64,000 nt of DNA, from the NCBI RefSeq assembly GCF_009834535.1, contig NC_045696.1, positions 7,876,001 through 7,940,000 of the forward strand. The letters run 5' to 3'. Positions 12,877 through 25,599 of the stretch are shown piece after piece. The notes beneath the pieces are model-generated. The model was not told where the DNA came from. It was given only the letters and a program-made list of their open reading frames with translations, and did not search any database. Positions within the stretch are counted from its first letter, which is position 1. The number at the start of each line of letters is the position of its first letter. The stretch comes from Camelus ferus (taxonomy: Eukaryota). The translations under genes and the position numbers were made by a program.

Positions 12877-13275
12877 CAGTGATGTGCTGAAATGACTTGT
12901 TCCAACTTGAGTCAATTTTTTTTAAAATTTGGGGGAATATTGTGAGCTGATAAACACTCATTATTAAACATTCAAATATATAAGCTTACAATTAAATAAA
13001 ACAAAGGTAATAAATCCTCAAAACGCATCACTTCCCACCTATTTTGATATGTTTCACTATTCCCTGTGCTGACACATATCGTTTGCATCTATCGTGTCTG
13101 CACGAGGGAAACACCGTATACCAGCTGCAACTCTGACTCCCCCTTCCGTGAGTCACCCTGGTGGCTTGAGATCAGCTACTGTGGGAGTATTTACACCGCA
13201 GAAATTGGCAGATGCTACAAATCAGGGTTCTTTTCCCCTGCAGGGATCCAGTTGTTAAACAGTGCCAGCATCCTG
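12877..13275. mobile_element. MER63-family (hAT-Blackjack) element, adjoining or inserted in the MER5A
   Basis: Starts cagtgatgtgctg. Contains tataagcttacaattaaataaa and gtgggagtatttacaccgcagaaattggcagatgctacaaatcaggg. Confidence 0.75.
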
Positions 13276-14636
13276 TTCCCGGTGGGATGGAGGGTTAATT
13301 CAGAGCCCTGTTAATCATATAGTAATCACTGGCTCATTTAAAAAAAAAATTTGATCAGAAGATTGGGATTTCTGTTGCTGGGATGGGAGCGCCTCCTGGG
13401 CTGACTGGCTCTGAGGCTGCAGTGTCTCTTTCTCTGGGCTTTTCTTTGAATGGAGAGAAGTTTGCTCAGCTCCCTCCTGGCACTAAAGAAGCAGGTGTGT
13501 TTGTGCAGGTCTTTAAGGCATCTTTAAAGCAAATAGGCTTGATAAAATCTTTTCTTTTCCCTTTCCTTCATTCTCCTGTTACTCATATTGATCCAGGTCT
13601 CTCCACGGGCACAGAGTACCCTGGCCGTGTTTGTACATTTCTGCAAAGAGATAATCATGGAAGCCTGGTGTGTGGAACTGGGCTCTGTTCCGGTGAACTG
13701 TAGCCCAGGAGGTGGCCGGCTATTTCCTCTCCTTTGAGATTTTGGCCTTTGGAAGATTTTCACTTAAACTCCTTTCCCTGACTTGGCCAGGCTCCTTTGT
13801 TGCCATATTTGGAGTGCATACCAGCCATTGTGGGGTAACAATGCCGGGGTGAGATCAATGCCCTCATTGGCCTTTGATGGAGAGTTCAAGCTGGGGGTTG
13901 GGCATTCTTTCCTTTTCAGCGTCAGTTATATTTTTTGGCAATGTTAAGGGCTGAAGTGAATGGACTGTATGTAAAGTGCTGAGAATTTCAGTAGGTGTTC
14001 AGAGTGAGCCCTGTGTGTCTCTGTCTGGGGTGCCCATAAATGCCCTACCCACGTTCTGAGCCAACTGAGAAATGACACGAAGGACTAAGGCGTCCCAAAG
14101 ACCACCTTTATAACTGATCCAGGAGAATATGGCTTGTATTTGTGGGCAAACAAGCTCCCTAATGCTGAAGTCCAAATTTAGCGGGGGTATGTGATGGATC
14201 TGGGTACCCCCTACCCCACGCCACAGAGGTACAGTGCACTCCTAAGAGTAAAACGAAAGCTCTCACTGTTCATGACTTGTTTCTCCTTCCAAGCACACCC
14301 ATCAGGAAGGAAAGTGAGTGATGGGCAGAGAGAGACAGGCATTATGCCAAGGTGCCCTTCATCTGGAAGGAATCCTGCAGGGCTTTGCAGAGCCACCCCC
14401 AGCCTGGCCTGGCCTGGCCAGCAGCCACTGCTAACGCATGTCCTTGCCTGTCATAGCTCTGGAAAACTCCTTTATGTGAAAGCTGAGCTCTGCCTGTGTT
14501 AGACCAGATTTATGGGATGGAAACGGGAGACCCCTGATCATTCCAGAGTGCTTTGGGGAGGAAAATGGGACACTGAAATACAAGTTGGCCACATCTATGC
14601 AGTCAAAAGTTCTGGCATTCTCTACCGTTAAGTTAT

Positions 14637-15000
14637 TGTGCTGGGTTGACTAGGGTCCTCTCAAAATTCATGTCCACCTGGAGCCTTGGGGTGTGGCCTG
14701 ATTTGGAGATAGGGTCTTTGAAGATGTGATCAAATTAAGGTAATGTCATCCTGGAGTAGGGTGAGCCCGACATCCAATATGACCAGTGTCCTTGGGAAGA
14801 GGGAAATGTGGACCCAGAGGCACAGACACAGGGAGAGCCCCATGTGATGATGTCATGACCAAGGCAGAGATGGAGTGATGCTGCCCTGAGCAATGCCGAG
14901 GATTGCCAGCAAAGAGCTGGAGCTAGAGGCGGCAGGCGAAGATTCCTCCCTGGAGCCTTCTGGGTGGTGACGTCCAGCATGTGGGCCCTTGGAAGCAGGA
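14637..15000 (+). mobile_element. MaLR LTR (MLT1B/C-like)
   Basis: tgtgctgggttga...aaaattcatgtccacctgg...atttggagatagggtctttg...ccaaggcagagatggagtgatg. Confidence 0.85.
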
Positions 15001-15379
15001 GGAGGTAGATTTTCTTTGGTGGAGAGAAGATGAAGGAATGGTGAAAACCAGGTGTCACTGGACCTCTTATGGGGTGATATCAGGGGGTGGGGCACCCTAC
15101 TTCTAGTGAGGCCCTGCATCTCCTAGGCACCCACAGCCCTCCCTAGTCTGTCAGCCACATCCCTGATTGGAGTGATGTGTCTGTGGAAATACCTAGATGA
15201 TTCCTGGGCCGCTGTGAAGAGTGGCCAGACCAGCCCCCAGAGGCTGTTCAGGACCCCTGAGGCTGCTCTCCCTGCATCTCACACTTAGTAGCAGGGGTTT
15301 CCTTCTACCTTCCCTCAACCCCAGCATCCCCCACCATCCTCCCAGGCTTAGCCTTGGCAGGAGGGGAAACCTCATGAGA

Positions 15380-15380
<1 letters not shown>

Positions 15381-15464
<84 letters not shown>
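15381..15464. repeat. (ATT)28 perfect microsatellite
   Basis: Directly visible. It forms the SINE tail. Confidence 0.98.
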
Positions 15465-15468
<4 letters not shown>

Positions 15469-15542
15469 GAGGCACTGGGGATTGAACCCAGGACCTCGTG
15501 TGTGCTAAGCATGCGCTCTACCACTGAGCTGTACCATCCCCC
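15381..15542 (-). mobile_element. tRNA-Ala-derived SINE (vic-1-like) with (AAT)n tail
   Basis: Minus strand reads GGGGGATGGTACAGCTCAGTGGTAGAGCGCATGCTTAGCACACACGAGGTCCTGGGTTCAATCCCCAGTGCCTCCA, with A/B boxes and AGC anticodon region, followed by an (AAT)n tail. Confidence 0.85.
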
Positions 15543-17649
15543 ACCACTGACGACTTCTATCTGTTTCACTTACTGATTTTTTCCTAGCTCAGACTTTTAA
15601 TTCGGCCCCAAGCACAAGAGGGCTGGGACGGGGCTGCAGGGCGGCCCTGTGCAGACTGAGCCAGTTTGGGGATCACCAAGCAGTGGTTGGAGGATGCCCT
15701 AGCATCCTTCCCGATGCTGCTGCCGAGCTGACGACTCACTCAGGGCCTTGGCCAGCTGTTCTGCCATCAATCTTGACATCGTGGGGGACTGGGGACAAGA
15801 GACTTGAGCTGCAGTTCTTGCTGTGTCACTACCAAGAGTTTAATTTTTAAGATAATGGAAGATCCTGTAAAGAGAAGCTTCCGTTGCTTGGGATTTAAGA
15901 CCCTTTTCTTACAGCCGGTTTGTCGTAGGTAGGACTTGTGTCAAATTCCCGGTCTGAGGCCAAGCGGAGCACGTTGGTGAACATGGGTGGAGACAGTGGT
16001 CCAAGCTGGCGGGCTGATGAGCTGCCTCTTGGAACCAGTCCTGGTGCGGCAGCGAGGCAGGGACTGGCAGATTGATCTTGACCTTGGACATGCAAATTCT
16101 CCACCCTCAGCGCAGCCTGATGCTCATTTGGGCTTCATCCTCTCTCCTCTGGGGCATCATGCCTGTCTTTGGGCTCTGTTCTCCATCCTACTTTCTGAAA
16201 GTTGAGACAGAGGCCATTTATTAGATTTTCTCATCCCAAAATGTCTGATTCTATTGCTGAAAAATTGCCATGGCCACTCTCAAGCAGAATATATTTCCTC
16301 AGAGAGTTCTTGCCTCTTTTGATTGAAGGGGGAAAGTTGCATTTTTCCATCTAATCCTGTTGCAAAATGTTTTCTTCACTCAATGTATTCATTCACATAA
16401 CACCTCGCAGCCTCCCCATTCCTCACTCCTAATCTTTTATTTATCTTTTCTGAGATTTATAAGTTACACTATGCATCTGTCCCTTTCTTTAAATTTATTG
16501 CATTGCCTCGCTCTCCTTCCAATCCCCGCTCTGCATCCATCCCTCCTGCCCATCGGGAATCCTTGGCAGAGCCCGAGGCACTCAGCGCACGTTCTGCTGC
16601 CCTCTCCCTTCCTCTGCGCAGTGCCTTCCATTCTTCTGGTTAAAATGTGTCACTTTCTAAAAGGTCTTCACTTGGCTCAAGGATGAGGTTCATTTTTTAA
16701 AAATTCACATCTTCTGGTATGGACTGGAAACAAACCAGTTGTTTGTTTGACCTGCATAAAACTAAAAACCACTGCTTTTCCTTCATCTTTAATTCAGGGC
16801 ATTTATTTGAAACAACAAGTATGTAAAGTAAGAATGATGTTTGTTAAAGTCTTTTTTAAAGTGTGAGGCAAACCTTCATCTCTCTCGTGGACTCTGCAAC
16901 GTGTGCTCATCCTTGTGTTTGAGGCTCTTCTATCTTGCTAGAGAAGAATAAGAGAAATGAACAAGGAGGAGAGATGAAACCGTGGGTAGAAGCAATTAGC
17001 TTGTGAGGCCTGCTAGTCATAGATAAAGTCGAACATTTGAACATTGAACAGAGTTGGAAGAGATGGAAGCAAATACGCACAAGGAACTCGGCATTCACGA
17101 GGTCTTAACTCGGCCATCCATTGGTGCCACCCACTCTGGTTCCACACATGCTCTGCCTGAAAAATGCGAGTGAAACCCACAGCCACTCAACAGGCTAACT
17201 GTTGAGCTGCAGCTAGTGGCCAGTGCACTTGCTTCTGCGATTCTTCAATAGATCAAGGGCACCTGCCTTCTGCTGAGCCTCCTGGTTCCATTATAGGCTG
17301 GTCCCAAGAACCACACCATCAGCGGGGAAGGCTGCCACGGCAGTCAGCGAGCACATGTGAGCACTGCATAGCCTAGGCTTCAGGTGTGTGGTCCCTCCAC
17401 CCCACCGGCACTGTGAGTCAACAACCCTAGATCTCTCTCCTTGTCTCTTACTGTGTGTTCTGAGTTGATTTAATAAACCATGCGATTCGAGCCTCTTGAC
17501 TTGGTCTTTAAGCCCTTCTGTTCCATGGCAGCCTGCCTGGAGGGTCTTGTGGAGGCTGGCACTACATCAGTGACAGGATCCTGCATCTGACTGAGACAGC
17601 AGGCGTCGCACTGATGCTCCCCAACTGCTCTGTGGATGCTGGTCCGGAG

Positions 17650-17705
17650 TGTATCAATCAGGGTTCTCCAGAGAAACAGAACCAATAGGATGTGTATTTG
17701 TATAT
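17650..17705 (-). mobile_element. MLT2 (ERVL) LTR 3'-terminal fragment
   Basis: tgtatcaatcagggttctccagagaaacagaaccaatagga is the reverse complement of the MLT2 3' end. Confidence 0.8.
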
Positions 17706-18090
17706 TGTGATGGCTAATTTTATGTGTCATCTTGACCCAGCTGAGGGGTGCCCAGAATAGCTGGTGACACATTATTCCGGATGTGTTAGTATTTGAATCA
17801 GACTGAGTAGAGAAAATCTCCCTCACCAATGAGTTCAATCCACTGAGGGTCCAGATAGAACATGAAGGCAGAAGGCAGCAGAAATTTGCTCTCTGCTTGA
17901 GCTGGGACATCCATCTTCCCTTGGTTTTCAACATCAGCACTCCTGGTTCTCAGGCCTTTGGGTTCAGACTGGAATTACATCGCTGGCTTTCCTGGGCCTG
18001 CAGCTTGAAGATGGCTGACCGTGGGACTTCTCAGCCTCCGTAATCTCAGGAGCCAATTCCTGTAATAAATCTCTTTCCATATGTTCCCAT
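17706..18090 (+). mobile_element. MLT2 (ERVL) LTR lacking its 3'-terminal ~45 bp
   Basis: tgtgatggctaattttatgtgtcatcttgac...gctgggacatccatcttc...gtgggacttctcagcctccgtaatc...aataaatctc. Confidence 0.85.
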
Positions 18091-18091
18091 A

Positions 18092-19705
18092 CAGGAACAC
18101 CTCAGAGATATAGCAGGTTGGGTTCCGGGCCAATGCAATAGAGCAAATATTGCAATAAAGCGAGTCACATGAATTTTTTTTGTTTCCCAGTGCATATAAA
18201 AGGTATCTTTACACTATACCCTGGTCCACTAAGTGTGCAATAGCGTTATATCTAAAAAAATGGACATACCTAAATAAGAAATACTTTATTGTCAAAAAAT
18301 GCTAGCTGTCACCTGAGCCTTTGGTGAATCATAATCTTTTGCTGGTACAGGGTCTTGCCTCAGTGTTGGTGGCTGCTGATGGATCAGGGTAGTTGCTGAA
18401 GGTAGGCGTGGCTGTGGTGATTTGTTAAAAAAAAAGCCAAAAATGAAGTTTGCCACGTGGATCAACTCTTCCTTTCATGCAGCATTTCTCTGTAGTGTGC
18501 AATGCTGCCTTGATCGTGTTTTGTACACAGCAGAACTTCTTTCAAAACCGGAGTCAGTCCTCTCAAACTCTGCCACTGCTTTATCAACTAGGTGTATGTA
18601 CTGTTCTAGGTGCTTTGTTGCCACTTCAACAGTCCGCACAGCATCTTCACCAGGGGTGAGTTTTGTCTCAAGAAACTACTTTCTGTGCTCATCCAAAAGA
18701 AGCCAAGTCCTCACCTGTTCAGGTTTTATCATGAGGTTGCTGCACTTCTGTCCCGTCTTCAGGCTTCACTCCTAATTCTAATTTTCTTGCTATTTCTACC
18801 ACATCTGCAGTGACTTCCTCCACTGAAGTCTTAAACTCCTCAAAGTCATCCATTAAGGTTGGAATCAACTTCTTCTAAACTTCTGTTAATGTTTGTATTT
18901 GGATCTTTCCCCATAAATCACACCTGTTCTTAATGGCATATAGAATGGTGACTCCTTTCCGGAAGTTTTCAATTGACTTTGCCCAGATCCACTGAAGAAA
19001 TCACTACTATGGTAGGTATAGCCTTTCAAAGTGTATTTCTTAAATAGTAAGATTTGAAAGTCAAAATTATTCCTTGATCCCTGGGCTGCAGAATGAATGC
19101 TGTGTTAGCAGGCATGAAAATATGAGGTTAACTCATTGTATATCTCCCACAGAGATCTTGGGTGACCAGGTCCATGGTCAATAAACAGAAATTTTTTTTT
19201 TCTGAGAAGTAGGTCTCAACAGTCAGTAACCCATGTTGTACAAAGATGTGCTGTCGTCCAGGCTTTGTTTTTCTATTTAGAGAGCTCACGTAGAGTAGAT
19301 TGGGCATAATTCTTAAGGGCCTTAGAATTTTCCGAATGGTAAATGAGCATTGGCTTCAAGTTAAAGTCACCAGCTGCACTGGCCCCTAACGAGAGAGTCA
19401 GCCAGTCCTTTGAAGCTTGGAAGCCAGGCATTGACTTCTCCTCTCTAGCTATGAATATCCTAGTGGCATCTTCTTCCAATATAAGGCTGTTTCATCTACA
19501 CTGAAAATCTGTCGTTGAGCGTAGCCATCCTTTTAATGATTTGAGCTGGATCTGCTGGGCCACTGCTGCATCAGCACTTGCTGCTTCACCTCGTGCTTTG
19601 ATGTTACGGAGATAATGGCTTCTTTCCTTAAACCTCCTGAACCCACCTCTGCTAGATTCAAACTTTTCTTCTGCAGCTTCTTCACCTCTCTTAGTCTTCA
19701 TAGAA
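18092..19705 (-). mobile_element. Tigger1 (Tc1/mariner, pogo-like) transposon, 5' part missing, decayed transposase
   Basis: TA then CAGG terminus at 18090-18095. ORFs 19273..19479 ([43 protein letters not shown]) and 19492..19758 ([21 protein letters not shown]) match the Tigger1/TIGD1-type transposase. Confidence 0.93.
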
Positions 19706-20310
19706 AGCTCCTCTCTCCAGAGCTGTTTCCTCTTCCCAAACAGAAACTCTGTACCCACTCACTCCATTCCTGCTTCCCCTGACCCCTGATAGCCACCATG
19801 CTACTTTCTGCCTCTATGAATTTGCCTCTTCCAGGTACCTCATATAAGTGGGATCATACAGTATTTGTCTTTTTGTGTCTGGCTTATTTTCGCTCAACAT
19901 AATGTCTTCATGGTTCATCCGTCCTATAGCATGTGTTAGCATTTTATTCTTTTTTAAGGCCAAATAATATTCCACTGTATGGATGTACCACTTTCTTTAT
20001 CCATTCATCTGTCAATGGACATTTTGGTTGCTTCTATCTCTTGCCTATTGTGAATGATGCTCTAGGTGTTGATATACAAGTATCTGTTTGGGTCTTGGGG
20101 GTAGTATATATACCTGAATGTGACATGGTTGGATCACATGGTATTTCTGTTTAATTTTTTTAGGAATTACATTACTGTTTCCCACGGTGGCCACACCATT
20201 TTACATTTCCTCCTACAAAGCACAAAGATTCCAATTTCTCCACGTCCTCACCAACAGTTGTTATTTTCTGTTCCTTTGATAATATTTTCTGTTCCTAATG
20301 GGTGAGAAGT
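19706..20310 (-). mobile_element. Old LINE-1 (L1MB-like) 3' region, poly(A) end missing
   Basis: cccaaacagaaactctgtaccc...ctactttctgcctctatgaatttg...ggtacctcatataagtgggatcatacagtatttgtc. Homologous to 51315-51985. Confidence 0.85.
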
Positions 20311-20319
20311 GCATTCTGG

Positions 20320-20769
20320 TTTTTTGTTGTTTTTTTTGTTTGTTTTTAATTGAAGTATAGTTGATTGTTGTGTTAGTTTCTGGTGTACAGCATAGTGGTT
20401 CAGTTATACATATATATTCTTTTTCATTATAGGTTATTACAAAATATTGAATTTACTTCTCTGTGCTATACAGTAGGTCCTTGTTGTTTATCTATTTTAT
20501 ATACAGTAGTTTGTATCTGCTGATTCCAAACTTCCAATTTATCCCTCCCCTACCTTTTCCCCTTTGATAACCATAAGGTTGTTTTCTATGTCTGTGAGTC
20601 TGTTTCATAAATAAGTTCATTTGTATCATTTTTTAGATTCCACAAATAAGTGATATTATATGATATTTGTCTTTGTCTGACTTACTTCATTGAGTATGAT
20701 AATCTCTTTGTCCATCCAAGTTGCAGTAAATGTCATTATTTCATTCTTTTTTATTGATGAGTAGTATTC

Positions 20770-20821
<52 letters not shown>

Positions 20822-21340
20822 ACCACATCTTCTTTATCCAGTCATCTGTTGATAGACATTAGGTTGCTTCCATGTCTTGGCTATTGTAAACAGTGCTGCT
20901 ATGAATGCTGGGGTGCATTATCTTTTCAAATCAGAGTTTTTATCTTTTCTGGATATATGCCCAGGTGTGGGATTGCTGGATCATATGGTAACTCTATTTT
21001 TAGTTTTTTAAGGAACCTCCATACTGGTCTCCATAGTGGCTGCACCAATTTACATTCCCACCAACAGTGTAAGAGGGTTCCCTTTTCTCCACAGCCTCTC
21101 CAGCATTTATTATCTGTAGACTTTTTTATGATGGCCATTCTGATTGGTGTGAGATGATACCTCATTGTAGTTTCGACTTGCAATTCCCTAGGAATTAGTG
21201 ATGTTGAGTATCTTTTCATGTGTCTGTTGGCCATCTGTATGTATTCTTTGTAGAACTATCTATTTAGGTCTTCTGCCCTTTTTTTTTTTTTATCGGGTTG
21301 TTTGTTTTTTTGATACTGAGCTGTATGAGCTGTTCTTTTA
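20320..21340 (-). mobile_element. Younger cetartiodactyl-type LINE-1 3' end (poly-A, 3' UTR, ORF2 C-terminus)
   Basis: T-rich tail then ttgaagtatagttgatt. ORF 20926..21234(-) includes [44 protein letters not shown] (ORF2 Cys-rich domain). Confidence 0.95.
20772..20819. repeat. (GT)24 microsatellite inside L1
   Basis: Directly visible. Confidence 0.97.
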
Positions 21341-21583
21341 CACCTGTTTTTAACTTATGCTTTTTGATTGTGTTTTGTATCCTTTTAAGCTTTCTGGATT
21401 CAGGCACTTGAAAACAAATTTTTAAAATTCTTAAAATGATACTTACTGGGAATCTCTGGTGTTTAAGACTGTCCTGGGTACCATGGAGATGCAGCATGGC
21501 GGACTGAATATACCTAGCAGAGTGCCTGTTGTTAATAAGGTCTTAATAAATACTGGCTGTTTTCCCTTTCTTTCTTTCTTTTC

Positions 21584-21683
21584 NNNNNNNNNNNNNNNNN
21601 NNNNNNNNNNNNNNNNNNNNNNNNNNNNNNNNNNNNNNNNNNNNNNNNNNNNNNNNNNNNNNNNNNNNNNNNNNNNNNNNNNN
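21584..21683. other. Assembly gap (100 N, likely a placeholder of unknown size)
   Basis: Exactly 100 N. Confidence 0.99.
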
Positions 21684-23000
21684 CAGGCAGGAGTCTTAAT
21701 CCAATTCAGTCACGGCCTTTTCTAGAAGGCCAGAGTGGCAGCATCTGGGGCAGTGATTTCCAGCAGATGTCATGCATGGCCCTTTTAGGAGAATGAGTCC
21801 TGTAGCAGGTCAGCTGGGCTTGGCCATGAGGGCAGCCCAGAGCCTAAGCACCCACAAGTCCCCCCAGTCGACACAACCATCAGCGCACTTGTCCCCAGGG
21901 AACATCTTTTCATGATGATGGGGTGGGTTCAGAAAGTCCATTTGAGGCAGCAAAAGTACTTGTATTTGTACAATTGCTAGAACCCTTTGATTTTATTCTT
22001 ACTTTTAAAGCAACGCTGGATGTTTTGCTGCTGAGAAAAGCAACTACTGGTCTCCATATCTTTTTTTATTACCTGGGAGAATTTCTCTTCTGAACGTACT
22101 TTAGAGGTACCTTCTAGCTTTCCTGCATTTGGCTCATGCCCACGGGCTGCTCACAAGAGTACCCCGGGACTCAGTGCCAGCTCTGAACAGCATAATCAGT
22201 TGCAAATGTTTCGGGGTGGATGACGGATGAAAGTAGTAACTTTATCACTTCCCCCATTTTTTTTTTTTTTTTTTTTACTGTTAGCAAACTGTAGAAATCT
22301 CATATGAGACAACCTCCTTCCTTGTTCCCCTTCACCCCACCAGTCCTTTAAAAATGATGAAAACAGCAGCCATGAAGGATGGCTTGTCTGCAACCAGGAA
22401 GGCAGGACAGGACACTCGGGGTCAGTGCTGAACGCTCATCTTGGCTGACAGGACAGAAATGGGTGAACGTGAACGGAGCTGCTGTCTGTCTCAGCGATCT
22501 CCAACAGCATGGGGGAATTTTCTCTTTTCATGTGAAAATTTGTCCCCCGGTGTGTGGTCCCCGGAGGGATCTGGCACATCTCAGGTCTCCTGGAGAGGTG
22601 GTTATGACAGAGCTGGTTCAGAGGTCCCCCCCTGCCCCAGTGGTATCTCAGACTCAGGTCAGAAAAGCAGCTTCCCTGACTGCCAGGACCCATCCCCTCC
22701 CTAAATGGCGTGTGGCTGCAGTCCATCACCGTTTGCCCTACCTGAGGTGGTACCTGGCCCAAAGCTGGGAGCCAGTCTGTGGGCTGAAGAGGGAGATCAG
22801 AGAACTGGACACCTAGAAAGAGCGCTAAGTACAAAGGTGGGCTTAGGACAGAGTCCCGCTGGTCAGCTTGTGCGAGGATGCGGCTCCAGGGGATGAAGCC
22901 TGTCTGAGGGTAAACAGCGTGTCTGCTTGGAAGTCTCACTGGGGTCCCGTGCTTCCTCCCTGTGGGGAGGCCGGGGAGGTCGGCCTGCCCGTCGGGTCCC

Positions 23001-23385
23001 TGTGTTAGTTTCCTGGCACTGCTGAAACAAATGCGGCCGAGCAGGCAGTTTAAGCAACACACAGTTATTGCCTCACGGTTCTGGAGACCACAGTCTGCAG
23101 GGCTGGCTCCTTCTGGAAGCTTCTCCAGGAGCCTCTGGTGGCTGATGGCAACCCCTGGCTTTGGCTGTGTAGAGGCATCACCCACACCTCTGCCTCACCT
23201 TCACGTGGCCTTCTCCCTCGGTGTGTCCCTCTGTCTCTATAGAGCCTCCTTCTGAGGACATCTGCACAGTAGATTAGGGGCCCACCCTTCTCCAGTACAG
23301 CCTCCTTAACTCCTTACGTCTGCCAGGGTACTGTTTTCCAATCAGGTCACATTCTGGGGCTCTGGGTGGACATGAACTTGCCGGG
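23001..23385 (-). mobile_element. MaLR LTR (MLT1B/C-like)
   Basis: tgtgttagtttcctgg...ctcacggttctggag...ttaggggcccaccc...aggtcacattctg...gggtggacatgaa. Reverse-complement homologue of 14637-15000. Confidence 0.85.
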
Positions 23386-23422
23386 GTGGAGGTGGGGGGA
23401 GGGGTTGGGAGGCCGGGGCTAG

Positions 23423-23880
23423 TGTATTAGGTCAAGAACGGACAGACAGTGATCCGCTGAATGAGGAGGCGCAATCCACCCACACGGGGTTGGCAGGTCG
23501 CTGCCTTGGCATCTGAACTCTCGCTCTGGGGAAGTAAAAACCCCGGGTCATTTAGATCCAAGGCGCAGTTACAGTATCTTCACACAAAGGAAGTAAAGTG
23601 ACAAGATTTATTACTTACAGAGCCCAGAAAAGGAAGGGTGCTACGAGCCGGAGGAAGGGCCGTTGTCCGTCCCAGGTCACGGTGAGCGGGACGGCAGGCA
23701 CCTGTGACTTAGGAGGTGGGGGGCGCAGTTGCTCACTTTTCTCCTGGGAAAGGTGCCCCAGGAAAGGTGAAGTGGGAGGGAACTTGGGGTGGGAATCCTA
23801 ACCTCCAGCCGCAATCTGAATGTCCAGACTCGGTGTGAGCAGGGCGATCACACTGTGAATGCCTAGGTAGCAACTCAGAG
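23423..23880 (-). mobile_element. Probable ERVL-class LTR (family uncertain, right boundary poorly defined)
   Basis: Minus strand ends ...cctaataca and has ctgtaagtAATAAA (tttatt at 23607-23612), a typical ERVL LTR arrangement. Confidence 0.5.
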
Positions 23881-25599
23881 GAGCTGTTTGCCCTTCAGCG
23901 GGGTTGCTGCCCAGCCCTCCACCATCTCTGTGGGGAGTGAGCTGGGGGCACGTGCGTCCCACCCAGCATGGTGGCCGTGGCTGGCATAGGGAAGGAGCTG
24001 AGAGGATAGAGCAGGGCCCTGGGGACGGGTTACCAAGGACTGGAGAAGGCCAGGAGTAAGGACTGAGACCCACAGGATGGACCTGGGAGGACCATGGAAG
24101 TGGGAGCAGATGGTCCAGGGCCCCTGCTGGAGAGGAGACGGGAACTGGGGCCAGGTGTGTGGAAAGGGCAGAAGTGGGACAAGCACTGTGCACTCACGTG
24201 CCAGGGACCAACGTTCCAGATGCCACCCGAGAAACCCCAGCTCAGAGGGGGTTTGGCCGTCCCTCCAGATGAGAGGATGATTGTTGGCAAACCACATACT
24301 TTAGGGCACCTCAAATTCTCCCTCCACTGGAATTACTAAAACTGCCCTGAGGTACCTAGATGTAGAAGAGCTATCAAACGGAGTCTATAGAATATCTGCT
24401 TCCACACTAATGACGGGGAAGAGTTTATTCCACTTTTTGGGTCCCAGTGAAGGGCGCTAAGCGGGTGTCATGGCTGTGACAGTGGCCAAGCCTCCCAATG
24501 CCTTCTCAGCTATCTCTGGGTCACTTGTAAAACACTCAGTATATTCTCAAAAGAAAATTACTTTTAATTCACTGAAACTTAAATATAGGTTGGGACTACC
24601 TAGTGCTTTGGGGCATTTAGAAAAGCAGTGTTTTTAAATTAATCAGAACACAGGGTCATCATCATTCCAAAAGGCGGCCTTTATTCATTCTTGCAGCTGT
24701 TCAGTAGAAACCTAGTTCACACCTGCCAGGCAGCGTCCTGGATGCTGGGGACAGAGCAGTGTTTACAGCCCGGGAGGGAGCGCAATGCATGGGCTTTGGG
24801 GACCATCGTGTCCAGGGGAGCGATTAAGCGTGGCGGGGAGGGATGGTGTGCGCCCGACGAGGCAGGAAGGGGTTGCAGGTGGGCAGCTGGCCAGCGGAGG
24901 GCTCCTTGAGAAGGTGACACTTGAGTGATGACCTGAAAGAGGAGAGGTTCAGGTCATCCTTGGCTCCTGCATCCTTACCTGGCGCAGGTGAGTCCCCCTG
25001 GCAGCCACAAGAGCCTAGAACCCACACTGAAAAGCAGCTGTGTGGCTGACCGGAGTTTCTGAGAACAGCCCCTCCTTTCCCCACTCAGCTCGTGGCTGGT
25101 ATGACCCCCAGAAGCGATCCCTGCCCCGCCTGCCCTTCCTCTGTGGGGGGAGGTTTGGTCTGCGTAGGAAGTGAGTGAAGGAAAAATGTCCTCCCAGGCC
25201 TCTGCGTGGGTCTCCCGGGGAGGCCCTGCACACCTGTCAGGGGTCTCTGGCTCCGGCTGGGCCCCCTGTGTCTCCAGGGCAGCTCGTCTTACCCGGGAGC
25301 CCACGTTACTTCTCCTCATCAATTCACTTTTCAACACCAAATACATCTTTCTCATTTTACAGCCTTTTCTTACACTTTTGCCACTTTTGGCTTCGACAAG
25401 AATTCCTGGTAGCTGAGAGGGGTGTGTGTGTGTGTGTGTTTAATGAACACCTGAAGGAATAGAAAAGTCTTGCTTGAAGCAAACCCCCCTTCTTTCAGTC
25501 TCCACTTCTCATGCTGACAGAAACTGTGGTAGGATGGACAGTTTTTTTTTTTAAATCACCAAAAATTAACCCTCTAGGCATGATGACAGGTAATAAAGT

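Noticed and set aside
15467..15542. tRNA-Ala(AGC) gene
   Set aside because: The anticodon stem has mismatches (CATGC/ACACG), the 5' end is altered and a retroposon tail follows. This is a SINE, as is 62888-62968.
15221..15569. Poly-Tyr and poly-Asn ORFs
   Set aside because: Translations of the (ATT)28 SINE tail.
19273..19758. TIGD1-like domesticated transposase gene
   Set aside because: Fragmented by frameshifts and stops, lacks the N-terminus, and lies inside an ordinary Tigger1 copy.
22436..23185. 249-aa ORF, the longest in the track
   Set aside because: Begins inside an MLT1 LTR and has no recognisable protein features.
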